A DNA stretch of 64,000 bases from Patescibacteria group bacterium (GCA_041649315.1 JBAZNJ010000002.1:851-64850), one strand, 5' to 3'; positions 19,171-28,644 are shown, counted from the first letter of the stretch. Numbers and translations: made by a program. The notes: generated by a model from the letters alone, not told the origin.

Positions 19171-20136
19171 ATGACCACAAAACAAATTTATGATTTAGCA
19201 ATTAAGCTCGGCATTGATACCGATTTGCGCGGCGCAGCCGCGGTAAAAAAATATTTAGCGCGAATCAAGAAAAAATACGAGGAAGCGCCAAAAAAAGCGC
19301 AAGCTGAGTTTGACCAAGAAAAATTAACTAACCCTTATTCGGATACGCGGGTTTTAGTGAGCGGCGATAAAGCGGTTAAAAAAGTTTTAGCCGGAATTGA
19401 TATGGAAGGGCCGGAATTATTATTGGCGAAACAGCGCGGTGATATTGATTTAGTAATCGCCCATCATCCGGAAGGCAAGGCCTTAGCAGATTTGTCTGAT
19501 GTTATGAAGCTCCAAGCCCAGGTTTTGGCCGGTTACGGAATTCCGATAAATATTGCCGAGTCGGTTATCAAGTCGCGGATAAGCGAAGTGAGCCGCGGCG
19601 TTTCACCGATCAATCATGAACGGGCCGTAGATATGGCGCGCCTTTTGGGGCTTGATTTCATGTGCGTCCATACGCCGGCTGATAATTTAGGCGCGCGTTT
19701 TCTTGTTGATTTATTTGAGAAAAAAGAAAAAGAATTAGAAACAGTCGGTGAAATTATTGATTTGTTAAAAACCATTCCTGAATATGCGGCCGCGGTTGAA
19801 CGTAAGGCCGGTCCGGTAATTTTTGCCGGAACGTCGGACAGTAGCTGCGGAAAAATTGTCGTTACAGAATTCACCGGCGGAACTTCTGGCTCTAAGGATA
19901 TTTATGAAAAGATGTCGCAATACGGAATCGGCACGGTTATCGGCATGCATATGGAGGAAGAGCACCGCAAGGAAGCCGAGAAGTATCATATTAATGTCGT
20001 TATTGCCGGACATATGGCCTCAGATTCTATAGGGATGAATTTATTATTGGATGAACTAGAAAAGAGGGGAATAGAAGTTGCTCCGACTTCTGGTTTGATT
20101 CGGGTTAAGCGCTTTAAGGAGAAAGGCAAGAAATAG
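19171..20136 (+). CDS. NIF3-family (dinuclear metal centre) protein, divergent
   Basis: DLVIAHHPEG and VVIAGHMASD resemble the conserved HHP and GH..(T/S)(E/D) metal-binding blocks of NIF3/YbgI proteins. The rest is divergent. Confidence 0.55.
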   Translation: MTTKQIYDLAIKLGIDTDLRGAAAVKKYLARIKKKYEEAPKKAQAEFDQEKLTNPYSDTRVLVSGDKAVKKVLAGIDMEGPELLLAKQRGDIDLVIAHHPEGKALADLSDVMKLQAQVLAGYGIPINIAESVIKSRISEVSRGVSPINHERAVDMARLLGLDFMCVHTPADNLGARFLVDLFEKKEKELETVGEIIDLLKTIPEYAAAVERKAGPVIFAGTSDSSCGKIVVTEFTGGTSGSKDIYEKMSQYGIGTVIGMHMEEEHRKEAEKYHINVVIAGHMASDSIGMNLLLDELEKRGIEVAPTSGLIRVKRFKEKGKK

Positions 20137-20247
20137 GCGCGCGGCGGCTGGTAGCGGCCGGCAGCTAATATAGTCGATAGCCGCCGGAATAATCGCAATC
20201 GCGTTGCTGGCGGATAAAAAGTTTTTAGTGATTAGGTATAAAAAAAT

Positions 20248-20276
20248 CCCCTCGTCATAAGATAACGAGGGGGTTT
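20248..20276. terminator. Bidirectional intrinsic terminator between convergent genes
   Basis: cccctcgt (20248-20255) pairs with acgagggg (20265-20272). Flanked by aaaaaaa upstream and tttatttt downstream. Confidence 0.75.
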
Positions 20277-20279
20277 ATT

Positions 20280-20834
20280 TTATATTATCGGTGCGTCTTT
20301 GACATAAGAGAACATAGAATATTCTCTTATGTCTTTATTTTCATAACCAAGTATTTGGCAGCGCAATGGTTGGCCGTCTTTATCGAGCGCGAAATATTTA
20401 CAATCTCTGGGCCCGATTAGTACGCCGGTCGGCTTGTCTAGTAATAAGGAGCAGAGCTCGACTTTTTCTCCGTCTATATAGCCAATCCGGAAGTTTTTAG
20501 CTAATTTTGTCTCCTGTTCAAAGAATTTTTTAAGATCCAATTGGCTATTTTCTTCCGCAATTATGTTATTTGGTTCAAAAACTGCGATGATTGCAATTTT
20601 TTTCCAACCAAAGTTCCTCTGCCAAAAATTATCCCAGCCCTTGTCGGCCGCTTTGGCGTTTTCGTCCGCTTCAGCCGTAACCGTCAGTCCGGATTCGGTA
20701 ATTGCAATTTTACCAAAAAACCCGACGCGCTGCCAATGCCACCAATGGGATTTTTTTTGAGAAAAAGGTTCCCAAATTATTTTTAAAATTAATCCCAGGG
20801 TGACGTCCAATATATGAAATGGTTTTGTTTTCAT
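20280..20834 (-). CDS. Hypothetical protein (orphan, Trp-rich N-terminal half)
   Basis: 184-aa ORF with no domain I can recognise. Visibly fewer CpG than the neighbours. Followed upstream by the largest non-coding gap in the window. Confidence 0.45.
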   Translation of the reverse strand: MKTKPFHILDVTLGLILKIIWEPFSQKKSHWWHWQRVGFFGKIAITESGLTVTAEADENAKAADKGWDNFWQRNFGWKKIAIIAVFEPNNIIAEENSQLDLKKFFEQETKLAKNFRIGYIDGEKVELCSLLLDKPTGVLIGPRDCKYFALDKDGQPLRCQILGYENKDIREYSMFSYVKDAPII

Positions 20835-20868
20835 TATTAATTTTTTTTAAGTTAAACATTATAAATTT

Positions 20869-21013
20869 AATTATCGGTTCGAGCCCCGCGCTAGAAATAG
20901 ATCCGATAAAGAGTTTAAATCAATAAGCGAGCCGGACTTGGTAATGCCGAGTCAGATTATAGTTTGATCTCTGTAGTAAAATAGTAAAATCGCCAGGAAT
21001 CGAACTGATAATT
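20869..21013. repeat. 145-bp unit bounded by 14-nt inverted repeats that resemble tRNA T-arm sequence
   Basis: aattatcggttcga (20869-20882) is the reverse complement of tcgaactgataatt (21000-21013) with one G:T pair. Both arms read GGTTCGAGCCC / AGTTCGATTCC in their own orientation. An internal tandem tagtaaaa x2 lies at 20974-20989. Confidence 0.6.
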
Positions 21014-21227
21014 AAATTTTGTTTAACCTATTGTCAAAGAGCGGGTTAACTTATAGTCGATGCGTTTAGCCAAATAACCTATTAGTATACTTCGTGGTAT
21101 ACTTCTGGGGTAAATCGACAGATTTAAATTAACTGATTATTATATCATATTTCTTATCTCTTGTCAATATTTATTTAAAACTAATTATATATTATACTAA
21201 TATTATCTAAAAAATTGGCTAAAATAA

Positions 21228-22508
21228 ATGAAAAAATTAGAATTATTGGCTCCGGCCGGAAATATTTTAAAGCTAAAAACCGCTTTGGCCTATGGGGCAG
21301 ACGCGGTTTATTTAGGTATTCCGGATTTTTCGCTTCGGGTTCGGATTAATGATTTTGATTTAGCCGGAATAAAAAAGGCCGTGGCTTATGCCCGGACGCA
21401 TCATAAAAGAGTCTACGCGACTATTAATATTTTTGCTCATAATTGGCATTTTAAAAAATTGCCGGCTTATTTGAAAAAGTTGCGTGAGTTTAGAGTTGAT
21501 GCCTTGATTGTTTCTGATCCCGGGATTATTTCAGTAATAAAAAAAGTTTGGCCGAAGGCGGAAATCCATTTATCGACCCAGGCGAACTGTACGAATATAG
21601 AAGCAGTAAAGTTTTGGGCGGGCCAAGGGATTAAGCGGATAATTTTAGGCCGGGAAGTAACGTTGAAAGAAATAAAAGAAATTCATCGAGCCGTGCCGAA
21701 AATGGAATTAGAATATTTTGTTCATGGCGCGATGTGCATGGCTTATTCCGGCCGTTGTTTCCTGTCTAAATTATTTACGGATCGGAGCGGAAATTTAGGC
21801 GACTGCGCTCAACCCTGCCGTTGGGAATATAGCGCGGCGCGTTATGAAATTAAAGCCGAGAGGCACGAAGAAGAATTAGAAGTAGTTTCCGAACGGCATG
21901 GGACTTATCTTTTAAATTCCCGGGATTTATGTTTGCTCAAATATCTTAAAGAATTAGCGGCGGCCGGGGTGAGCAGTTTTAAAATTGAAGGCCGGGTAAA
22001 AAGCGTTTATTATCAGGCCACGGTTTGCGGTATTTATCGACTGGCGATTGAGTTAATTAATAAGAAAATTCCGGCGGCTAAAGCGCAGACGGAACTTGAT
22101 AATTTAGAACGTGAACTAGAGACAAAATTAGTCCATCGTGGCTATACGATTGGATTTTTATTGGGTGGCCGGGGCGAACAGAATATTAGTGCGGCGCAAG
22201 TGAAAAGCGTTTGGGAATTTTGCGGGCAGGTTGTTCCTGTCAAGGTCGGCAACGTTGGAAATAAAGGCCGGAATTTTATTTGTTTTAAGGTCCATAATAC
22301 CGTTAAGGTCGGGGACGAGTTAGAGATTATCCGGCCGAATTATGATATAATAAAGATAAGGCCGAAAAAGCTTTGGGACGCTAAAACCGGCTTGGAAATA
22401 AAGGAGGCGCATGGCGGGGGCGGCGGGCAGGTTGCGGTTTTAGAATCGCCGGCTTTGGTCGGCGCGGTTCCGGAATTTGCGGTTTTAAGAAGAAAGATTA
22501 AGAAATAA
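21228..22508 (+). CDS. Peptidase U32 family protein
   Basis: 426 aa. LELLAPAGN...AYGADAVYLG...RVYATINIF...FVHGAMCMAYSGRCFLS...CAQPCRW is the characteristic U32 block. Confidence 0.85.
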   Translation: MKKLELLAPAGNILKLKTALAYGADAVYLGIPDFSLRVRINDFDLAGIKKAVAYARTHHKRVYATINIFAHNWHFKKLPAYLKKLREFRVDALIVSDPGIISVIKKVWPKAEIHLSTQANCTNIEAVKFWAGQGIKRIILGREVTLKEIKEIHRAVPKMELEYFVHGAMCMAYSGRCFLSKLFTDRSGNLGDCAQPCRWEYSAARYEIKAERHEEELEVVSERHGTYLLNSRDLCLLKYLKELAAAGVSSFKIEGRVKSVYYQATVCGIYRLAIELINKKIPAAKAQTELDNLERELETKLVHRGYTIGFLLGGRGEQNISAAQVKSVWEFCGQVVPVKVGNVGNKGRNFICFKVHNTVKVGDELEIIRPNYDIIKIRPKKLWDAKTGLEIKEAHGGGGGQVAVLESPALVGAVPEFAVLRRKIKK

Positions 22509-22520
22509 ATTATTCATATT

Positions 22521-22720
22521 TAATTTCTAAATCCATGAATATTAATTTCAAATTTCTAAATCCTAATTTCCAATCAATAACAAAATCCTAATTTCTAATT
22601 TTGGCATTTGAACTTTGAAATTCGGATTTGATTGGTAGTTTGGATTTTGACATTAGAAATTTTAAATATAATTTTTTAATCTTCAATCTTAAATTTTAAA
22701 TATTTAAATCTTTAATATTT
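22521..22720 (+). repeat. AT-rich imperfect-palindrome intergenic element, copy 2 (long form)
   Basis: Fills the gap between the U32 stop and the ruvA start. Its reverse complement aligns along the length of 30123-30330, including an uninterrupted identical 72-nt run (22539-22610 vs 30234-30305). Confidence 0.9.
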
Positions 22721-22722
22721 CT

Positions 22723-23304
22723 ATGATCTCATTCCTACGTGGTCAAATTATCCATAAAACCAACAATTATTTTATTCTAGAAGCTAGCAATATCGGCTAC
22801 CAGGTCTTTGCCGGTGAAAATTTTTTGGCGGATTTGAAACTTGGCGCGACGCTTGAAGTTTTTACCCATCATCGCGTTCGGGAAGAAGCCAGTGATCTCT
22901 ATGGTTTTAAGACGGCTGCGGATTTGGAATTGTTCGAATTACTCCTAACTGTTTCCGGCGTTGGTCCGAAATCTGCGCTCGGCGTTTTAGCAATCGCGTC
23001 GGCCGATGATGTCAAAGAAACGATTATTCGCGGCGACGCCGCCCTTTTGACCAAAGTTTCTGGTATCGGGAAAAAAACCGCTGAACGTTTAGTCCTGGAA
23101 TTAAAAAATAAGATTATCCGAACCGGGGCGGCGGGTGCGGTTCTTAATTCCGCGGTTACCCTTGGTAGCGACGAAATTGACGCCTTAATCGCTCTCGGTT
23201 ATTCGCTCGCCGATGCCCGGGAGGCCCTAAACGCGATCGGGCCGGAGATTGAAGACAGCGGCGAACGGGTTAAGGCGGCTTTAAAGAAAATCGGGCGGAA
23301 ATAA
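22723..23304 (+). CDS. ruvA: Holliday junction DNA helicase subunit RuvA
   Basis: MISFLRGQI...GYQV...LYGF...FELLLTVSGVGPKSALGVL...VSGIGKKTAERLVLELK (OB fold plus tandem HhH). Confidence 0.9.
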   Translation: MISFLRGQIIHKTNNYFILEASNIGYQVFAGENFLADLKLGATLEVFTHHRVREEASDLYGFKTAADLELFELLLTVSGVGPKSALGVLAIASADDVKETIIRGDAALLTKVSGIGKKTAERLVLELKNKIIRTGAAGAVLNSAVTLGSDEIDALIALGYSLADAREALNAIGPEIEDSGERVKAALKKIGRK

Positions 23305-23398
23305 AGGAGAAAAGACTGAAAGTAATGCTTTACAATCGCCCATTTTTCCGTTAGTATAAAGATAAATTCTCCTTAAATTTATTTGTCAAATTTTAAAT

Positions 23399-24625
23399 AT
23401 GCTTCAATCCGTGCTTTTTACTAAGGTTATTAAAGAAATGCCGAAAGACGAGACCAGCTATAATGCCCAGGTTTTGATTCGAGCCGGTTTTATCGATAAG
23501 GTCGGAGCCGGAATTTATACTTATCTACCTTTAGGCAAAAGAGTTTTAGATAAGATTTGTGATGTTGTCCGGGAGGAGATGAACGCGCTCGGCGGCCAGG
23601 AAATATTAATGCCGGCGCTCGTGCCAAAAGATAATTGGCAAACGACCGGACGTTGGGAAACTTTTGACGCTTTATTCCGTTTAACCGGTAATGATTTAAA
23701 AGAATATGCTTTAGGCGCGACTCATGAAGAAATAGTTTCTCCGCTGGCGAAAAATTTTATTTTTTCCTATAAAGATTTACCTTTTGCCGTTTACCAGATC
23801 CAGACGAAATTCCGTAATGAGAAGCGGGCGAAGGCCGGACTTTTGCGCGGCCGGGAATTTTTAATGAAAGATCTTTATTCTTTCCATACTGATCAAGCCG
23901 ACCTTGATGCTTATTATGATCTAGCAATCGCGGCTTATTTTAAAATTTATGAACGCCTCGGCCTAAAGGAAAAAACTTATTTGACTTATGCCGCTGGCGG
24001 TTCTTTTTCTAAGTACTCCCATGAGTTTCAGACCTTGGCCGAAGCCGGCGAAGATTTAATTTATATTTGTGAGAAATGCCGAGTAGCGGTCAACCGAGAG
24101 ATTATTAATGAACAGAATACTTGCCCGCTTTGCGGCGATAAAGATTTAAAGGAACAGAAGGCGATTGAGGTCGGTAATATTTTTAAATTAGGGACGAAGT
24201 TTTCCGAGCCGTTCGGCGTAAAATATAAAGACCAATCCGGAGAGGAAAAATTGGCGCTGATGGGCTGCTATGGAATCGGCCCGAGCCGGATTATGGGAAC
24301 GATTGTGGAAATTTATCATGATGATAAGGGAATTATTTGGCCGGAAAATATCGCCCCTTTTAAAATTCATCTGTTGTCTTTAAATGAAAATGAAGGCGCC
24401 CTTAAAATTTATCATGATTTGCGCGCTGCCGGCCTGGAAGTCCTGTATGATGATCGGGATTTGTCAGCCGGTGAGAAATTTGCCGCTGCGGATTTAATCG
24501 GTTGCCCCTATCGTGTAATTATCAGCAAAAAAACCTTAGCTGCAAACAGCGTGGAAATAAAAAAACGAACGACGAGCGACGGAGAAATGGTCGCAATTAG
24601 CGATTTGATTGAATTTTTTAAATAA
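23399..24625 (+). CDS. proS: Prolyl-tRNA synthetase, short bacterial-type form without the INS editing domain
   Basis: 408 aa with class II motifs (…FRNEKRAKAGLLRGREFLMKD…, …GCYGIGPSRIMG…) and a C-terminal anticodon-binding domain. CEKC-x17-CPLC sits where the ~180-aa INS domain lies in E. coli-type ProRS. Confidence 0.9.
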   Translation: MLQSVLFTKVIKEMPKDETSYNAQVLIRAGFIDKVGAGIYTYLPLGKRVLDKICDVVREEMNALGGQEILMPALVPKDNWQTTGRWETFDALFRLTGNDLKEYALGATHEEIVSPLAKNFIFSYKDLPFAVYQIQTKFRNEKRAKAGLLRGREFLMKDLYSFHTDQADLDAYYDLAIAAYFKIYERLGLKEKTYLTYAAGGSFSKYSHEFQTLAEAGEDLIYICEKCRVAVNREIINEQNTCPLCGDKDLKEQKAIEVGNIFKLGTKFSEPFGVKYKDQSGEEKLALMGCYGIGPSRIMGTIVEIYHDDKGIIWPENIAPFKIHLLSLNENEGALKIYHDLRAAGLEVLYDDRDLSAGEKFAAADLIGCPYRVIISKKTLAANSVEIKKRTTSDGEMVAISDLIEFFK

Positions 24626-24646
24626 TTAAAACCATTAAGATTGATT

Positions 24647-25687
24647 ATGTTCAATAAATTGATTGGAAAATTAAGCCATGATTTAGGTATCGACCTCGGG
24701 ACGAGGAATACTCTTGTTTATGTTGCGGATAAAGGGGTGATTATTAACGAGCCGAGCGTCGTGGCGATCAATAAGCGGACGAATGAAATTTTGGAAGTCG
24801 GCGAAGCGGCGAAAAAGATGGTCGGCAAGACGCCCGGCCATATTGAAGCGATTAAACCTTTAGTTGAGGGCGTAATTTCGGATTTTGAAGTGACCGAGAA
24901 GATGTTGAAATATTTTATCAACAAGGTTCATAGTGAAAACTTTACTTTGATTTCCCGGCCGCGGGTGGCGATTGGGATTCCTTTGGATTTGACTGAAGTT
25001 GAAAAAAAGGCAGTGGAGGACGCGGCGAAATCGGCTGGCGCCCGTAAAGTTTATTTAGTTGAAGAAGCGATGGCTGCGGCGATTGGCGCGCGCTTACCGG
25101 TGACGGAAGCAACCGCGACCATGATTGTTGATATCGGCGGCGGTACGGCGGAAATTGCCGTAATTTCTTTAGGCGGCGTGGTTTCCTGGAAGTCCTTAAA
25201 ATCAGCCGGCAATGAGTTTGATAGCGATATTATTGAATATATCCGCGAAGAATTCAATGTTTTGATTGGTGAACAATTAGCGGAAAAAATAAAAATTGCT
25301 ATCGGTTCGGCTATGCCCTTAGAAGAAGCGCAGGAAATTGAAGTGCGTGGGCGCGATTTGCTAACCGGCTTGCCGAAAGCGATGATGATTAGCGATAAGC
25401 AAGTGCGGGAAGCTATTTCCCGGACGGTTAATAAGATTGTGGAAAATATTAAAATTATTTTAGAGACCACGCCGCCGGAATTAGTGTCGGATATTTATGA
25501 GCGTGGCTTATATTTGTCGGGCGGTGGGGCCTTGTTGCGCGGCTTAGATCAGGCGATTGCCGCGGCCGCCAAGATCCCCGTAAATATTGTCGATGATCCG
25601 CTTACTTGTGTTGTCCGCGGAACCGGAATCCTTTTAAACGATAAAAATCTTTTAGAGAAAGTAGTCCTGCCGACAATTAGCAGTTAA
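24647..25687 (+). CDS. mreB: Rod-shape-determining actin homologue MreB (copy 1, in mreBCD)
   Basis: DLGIDLGTRNTLVY...NEPSVVA...DIGGGTAEIAVISLGGVV...LSGGGALLRGLD. The ATG at 24647 is preferred over the TTG at 24641. Confidence 0.95.
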   Translation: MFNKLIGKLSHDLGIDLGTRNTLVYVADKGVIINEPSVVAINKRTNEILEVGEAAKKMVGKTPGHIEAIKPLVEGVISDFEVTEKMLKYFINKVHSENFTLISRPRVAIGIPLDLTEVEKKAVEDAAKSAGARKVYLVEEAMAAAIGARLPVTEATATMIVDIGGGTAEIAVISLGGVVSWKSLKSAGNEFDSDIIEYIREEFNVLIGEQLAEKIKIAIGSAMPLEEAQEIEVRGRDLLTGLPKAMMISDKQVREAISRTVNKIVENIKIILETTPPELVSDIYERGLYLSGGGALLRGLDQAIAAAAKIPVNIVDDPLTCVVRGTGILLNDKNLLEKVVLPTISS

Positions 25688-25733
25688 GCGACCATATTTT
25701 TTCGTTCCGGTAATTTATGCAATAAAATTTGTT

Positions 25734-26537
25734 ATGATTAAAGATAAAAAAAATAAAAGATTGCTTATCTGGGCGGTAGTCGGCGGACTACTGATTTTTT
25801 TACATATCCTTGGCGCTCTTCGTCCTCTGGAAGATTCTTTAAGCGCTTTGATTAGTCCTTTAGCCGCGCGTTGGCAGGTCCGGGGGCTTAACTCGGCTTT
25901 GCCGGGAGGCGAGGAAGAAAATATTGATGATTTGCGTGGCCGGATTAATGAATTAAATAAGGAGTTGGCTGTCCAGTTAGTCGCGGAGTCCCGGTATCGG
26001 GAAATAGAGGAAGAGAACCAGAAGTTAAAAAATTTATTAAATTTTTTAGACGGCCAGGATTATCGGACAATCGGCGCGGCGCTTATCGCGCGGGAAGAAG
26101 CGGCCAAAGGCGGATACGACCTTATTATTGACCGCGGCGCGGCGGACGGTTTGCGGACCGGCTTAGGAGTAATAAATGAAGAGGGAATCATAATCGGGCT
26201 GGTTAAAGAAGTAAAAAAGAATACGGCAGAAATTTGCTTGATTACGACGCCGGATTGCCGCTTGGCCGCGACGATCCAAAATGAAGATAGAACTCAAGGA
26301 ATTGCTGATGGCGATTTAGGATTGACGGTCAAGATGGAATATATTCCTCAGACAGAAAAAATAAATTTAGGCGATATCGTAATTAGTTCCGGGCTCGGCG
26401 GCGATATTCCGCGCGGCTTAGTAATCGGTCGCGTGGCTCAGATCAGGAGCGAAAGTAATGATGTTTGGCAGGAAGCGACAATTGAGCCCTTAGTAAATTT
26501 TAATGATTTAACCGTCGTAGCTGTGGTCATCCCTTAG
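25734..26537 (+). CDS. mreC: Rod-shape-determining protein MreC
   Basis: N-terminal TM, a coiled-coil segment (ELNKELAVQL...ENQKLKNLL), and a C-terminal beta-barrel region. Lies directly after mreB. Confidence 0.8.
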   Translation: MIKDKKNKRLLIWAVVGGLLIFLHILGALRPLEDSLSALISPLAARWQVRGLNSALPGGEEENIDDLRGRINELNKELAVQLVAESRYREIEEENQKLKNLLNFLDGQDYRTIGAALIAREEAAKGGYDLIIDRGAADGLRTGLGVINEEGIIIGLVKEVKKNTAEICLITTPDCRLAATIQNEDRTQGIADGDLGLTVKMEYIPQTEKINLGDIVISSGLGGDIPRGLVIGRVAQIRSESNDVWQEATIEPLVNFNDLTVVAVVIP

Positions 26538-26540
26538 TTT

Positions 26541-27083
26541 ATGCTTAAAAAAATTGCGCAGATAATTTTTTTCATTATTATTGTTTCTTTAGCCGCTCTG
26601 GCGCAATTTTCTTTTATTTCCGCCCTGCCGTCTTTTTGGCGTTATCTTAATTTACCTTTGATTCTTATAATTTTCTTTTTATTTTTTTCCGGTGAGCGCG
26701 CCGCTTTCGGCGCCGCTTTGATAGCCGGTTTTTGGCTGGATATTTTATTTTTTAATTTTTTTGGTTTACGGATTATTACTTTATTAGTAACGGCTTGGCT
26801 GGCACAGTGCCTTTTTTTAACCTGGCTAACCAACCGTTCTTTATATTCTTTTTTAATATTGATTTTGGCGGCGACTTTAGTTTATAATTTTTTAACAGCT
26901 TTTGGCTTATTTTTAACGGCGCCGGACGGCACGTGTTTTTTCCTGATTAAAGAGAGTTTTTGGCGCGGGCTGGTCTATCAAGGTGCTTGGAGCGCTTTAG
27001 CCGCCCTTTTAGCCTTTAATTTAGTTAGTGTGCTAACCCGCCGTTTTCGGCCGGTTTTTTTGGAAAAAGGGCCGGGTTTATGA
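26541..27083 (+). CDS. mreD: Rod-shape-determining protein MreD (polytopic membrane protein)
   Basis: 180-aa hydrophobic protein 3 nt after mreC. The assignment rests mainly on synteny. Confidence 0.6.
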   Translation: MLKKIAQIIFFIIIVSLAALAQFSFISALPSFWRYLNLPLILIIFFLFFSGERAAFGAALIAGFWLDILFFNFFGLRIITLLVTAWLAQCLFLTWLTNRSLYSFLILILAATLVYNFLTAFGLFLTAPDGTCFFLIKESFWRGLVYQGAWSALAALLAFNLVSVLTRRFRPVFLEKGPGL

Positions 27084-27089
27084 TATAAT
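27081..27089 (+). promoter_or_regulatory. Extended -10 box candidate (TGATATAAT) overlapping the mreD stop codon
   Basis: tgatataat at 27081-27089, ~60 nt upstream of the PfkB-kinase ATG. Confidence 0.35.
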
Positions 27090-27149
27090 CTTAGTGTTAA
27101 AATAGCTTATTGCCGGATAATCAGCATAGAGAATTAATTTTTATAAATT

Positions 27150-28187
27150 ATGAAAAATGAATTCATTACTATCGGCGGGACGACTCGCGATATCTCTTTT
27201 TTTGATAATCATGGGATTCCGGTCGATAATTGCCGAGGTAAATTTTGCCGCAAGTTATTGGCTTTTGAGCCGGGGGCGAAGATAAAAGTTGATAAGTTTT
27301 ATTATTCTTACGGCGGCGGCGCGGCTAATGCCGCGGTCTGTTTGGCTAATTTTGGTTTTAAGGTTTCTTGTTTGGCGCCGATTGGCGATGATGAGAATGG
27401 GCGTTTTATCAAAGAGAACTTGAAAAAACGCCGGGTTGATATTTCTTTAATGCGGACGGTTAAAAGGGAAGAAAGCGGTTCGTCTTTTATTTTAGTTTCT
27501 CCTACGGGTGAACGGATAATTTTTGCTCAACGCGGCGCCAATGTTAAGCTGAAGATAAATTCTTCGGATTTAGAATCTTTGAAGAAAACTAAATATGTTT
27601 ATATTGCTTCTTTAGCCGGCGCCTGGAGGGAAAATTTAAGGAAAATTTTTAGCGCGGTCGGCCATAATCATCATTGGATTTTTTGGAATCCGGGCACGAC
27701 CCAGTATCTTGGCGGTCCGGAAAGAATCGCTCCTTTTTTAAAGAAAGTTACGGTTTTAGCTTCTAACCAAGAAGAAGCGCAGAAATTATTGCGCTCTTCA
27801 AAAAAATATCGCCAGCTTAATGAGGAATTTTTAAATAATCCTGATAATTTAGTAAAAATTCTCCATGATCTTGGCCCGAAAATCGTGATCATAACTTTAG
27901 GGGCGGCCGGCGTAATCGTTTATGACGGCAAGAAATTTTATCGCCGAAATATCATAAAAGAAAAGAGGCGGGTCGATACGACCGGTATTGGCGATATCTT
28001 TAATTCGTCTTTTGCCGCCGGTTTGGCGCTTTATAAGGGGGATATCAATAAGGCTTTGCGTTTAGGTCTGAAGAACGCCGCGCTTAAGGTCGCGTATTTA
28101 GGTGCGCACCATGATCACCTTTTAAAATTGAAAGATATCAAGGCCCCGCGACCAAAAAACGGCCGGAAGGTTAAAAATAAAAAATAA
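27150..28187 (+). CDS. PfkB-family carbohydrate kinase (ribokinase-like)
   Basis: GGGAANAAV (N-terminal GG motif) and DTTGIGDIFNSSFAAGL (C-terminal PfkB signature). Confidence 0.8.
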   Translation: MKNEFITIGGTTRDISFFDNHGIPVDNCRGKFCRKLLAFEPGAKIKVDKFYYSYGGGAANAAVCLANFGFKVSCLAPIGDDENGRFIKENLKKRRVDISLMRTVKREESGSSFILVSPTGERIIFAQRGANVKLKINSSDLESLKKTKYVYIASLAGAWRENLRKIFSAVGHNHHWIFWNPGTTQYLGGPERIAPFLKKVTVLASNQEEAQKLLRSSKKYRQLNEEFLNNPDNLVKILHDLGPKIVIITLGAAGVIVYDGKKFYRRNIIKEKRRVDTTGIGDIFNSSFAAGLALYKGDINKALRLGLKNAALKVAYLGAHHDHLLKLKDIKAPRPKNGRKVKNKK

Positions 28188-28188
28188 T

Positions 28189-28644
28189 ATGATTAAAGAT
28201 TTGGTAATAAAAAAAGTAGAAAAATATACTGACGAGCGCGGCTGGCTGGTCGAGGTTTGGCGCCGCGATGAGTTAGCGGGCTTTGATCCAGCTATGGCGT
28301 ATTTAAGTTTAACCAAGCCGGGAGTGGTTCGTGGCCCGCATGAGCACGTTGCTCAAAGCGATTGTTTTATTTTTGCCGGACCGGGAAATTTTCGTTTATA
28401 TTTATGGGATCGCCGGGAAGAATCGCCGACTAAAGGGGAGAAAATGAAGATTGAAGTCGGCGCGGCCAACCCGACTTTGGTAATCGTGCCGCCGGGAGTG
28501 GTGCATGGCTATCAATGTATTTCTGAGGAAGCGGCGATTAGCATTAACTTGCCGGATAAATTATATAAGGGCGAAGGGAAGAAAGAAGAAGTTGATGAGA
28601 TCCGTTGGGAAAGTCGGGCGGATAGCCCGTATCGGATTGAGTAG
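28189..28644 (+). CDS. RmlC-like cupin (sugar-nucleotide 3,5-epimerase-related), short form
   Basis: 151 aa. DERGWLVEVWR...RGPHEH...PPGVVHGY resembles the RmlC fold motifs. Lies next to rfbB. Confidence 0.55.
   Translation: MIKDLVIKKVEKYTDERGWLVEVWRRDELAGFDPAMAYLSLTKPGVVRGPHEHVAQSDCFIFAGPGNFRLYLWDRREESPTKGEKMKIEVGAANPTLVIVPPGVVHGYQCISEEAAISINLPDKLYKGEGKKEEVDEIRWESRADSPYRIE

Noticed and set aside
18684-19178. 164-aa antisense ORF over the SPFH gene, and similar antisense ORFs at 12544-12816, 16260-16996, 17756-18127, 25051-25470, 31198-31440, 43122-43568 and 49021-49440
   Set aside because: All lie opposite strongly supported genes. The similar peptides in 25051-25470 and 31198-31440 simply mirror the conserved DIGGGTAE region of the two mreB copies.
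20869-21013. Genuine tRNA gene(s) at the GGTTCGAGCCC / AGTTCGATTCC motifs
   Set aside because: Neither strand provides a complementary 5' T-stem, anticodon arm or acceptor stem. Only T-loop and 3'-half-like sequence is present, so it is reported as a repeat or remnant, not a tRNA.
15230-23398. T-box or other leader riboswitches upstream of ileS, proS (and alaS at 52777-52788)
   Set aside because: The upstream gaps are 5, 94 and 12 nt. These are too short for a T-box leader (about 200 nt or more), and no specifier or T-box sequence is visible.
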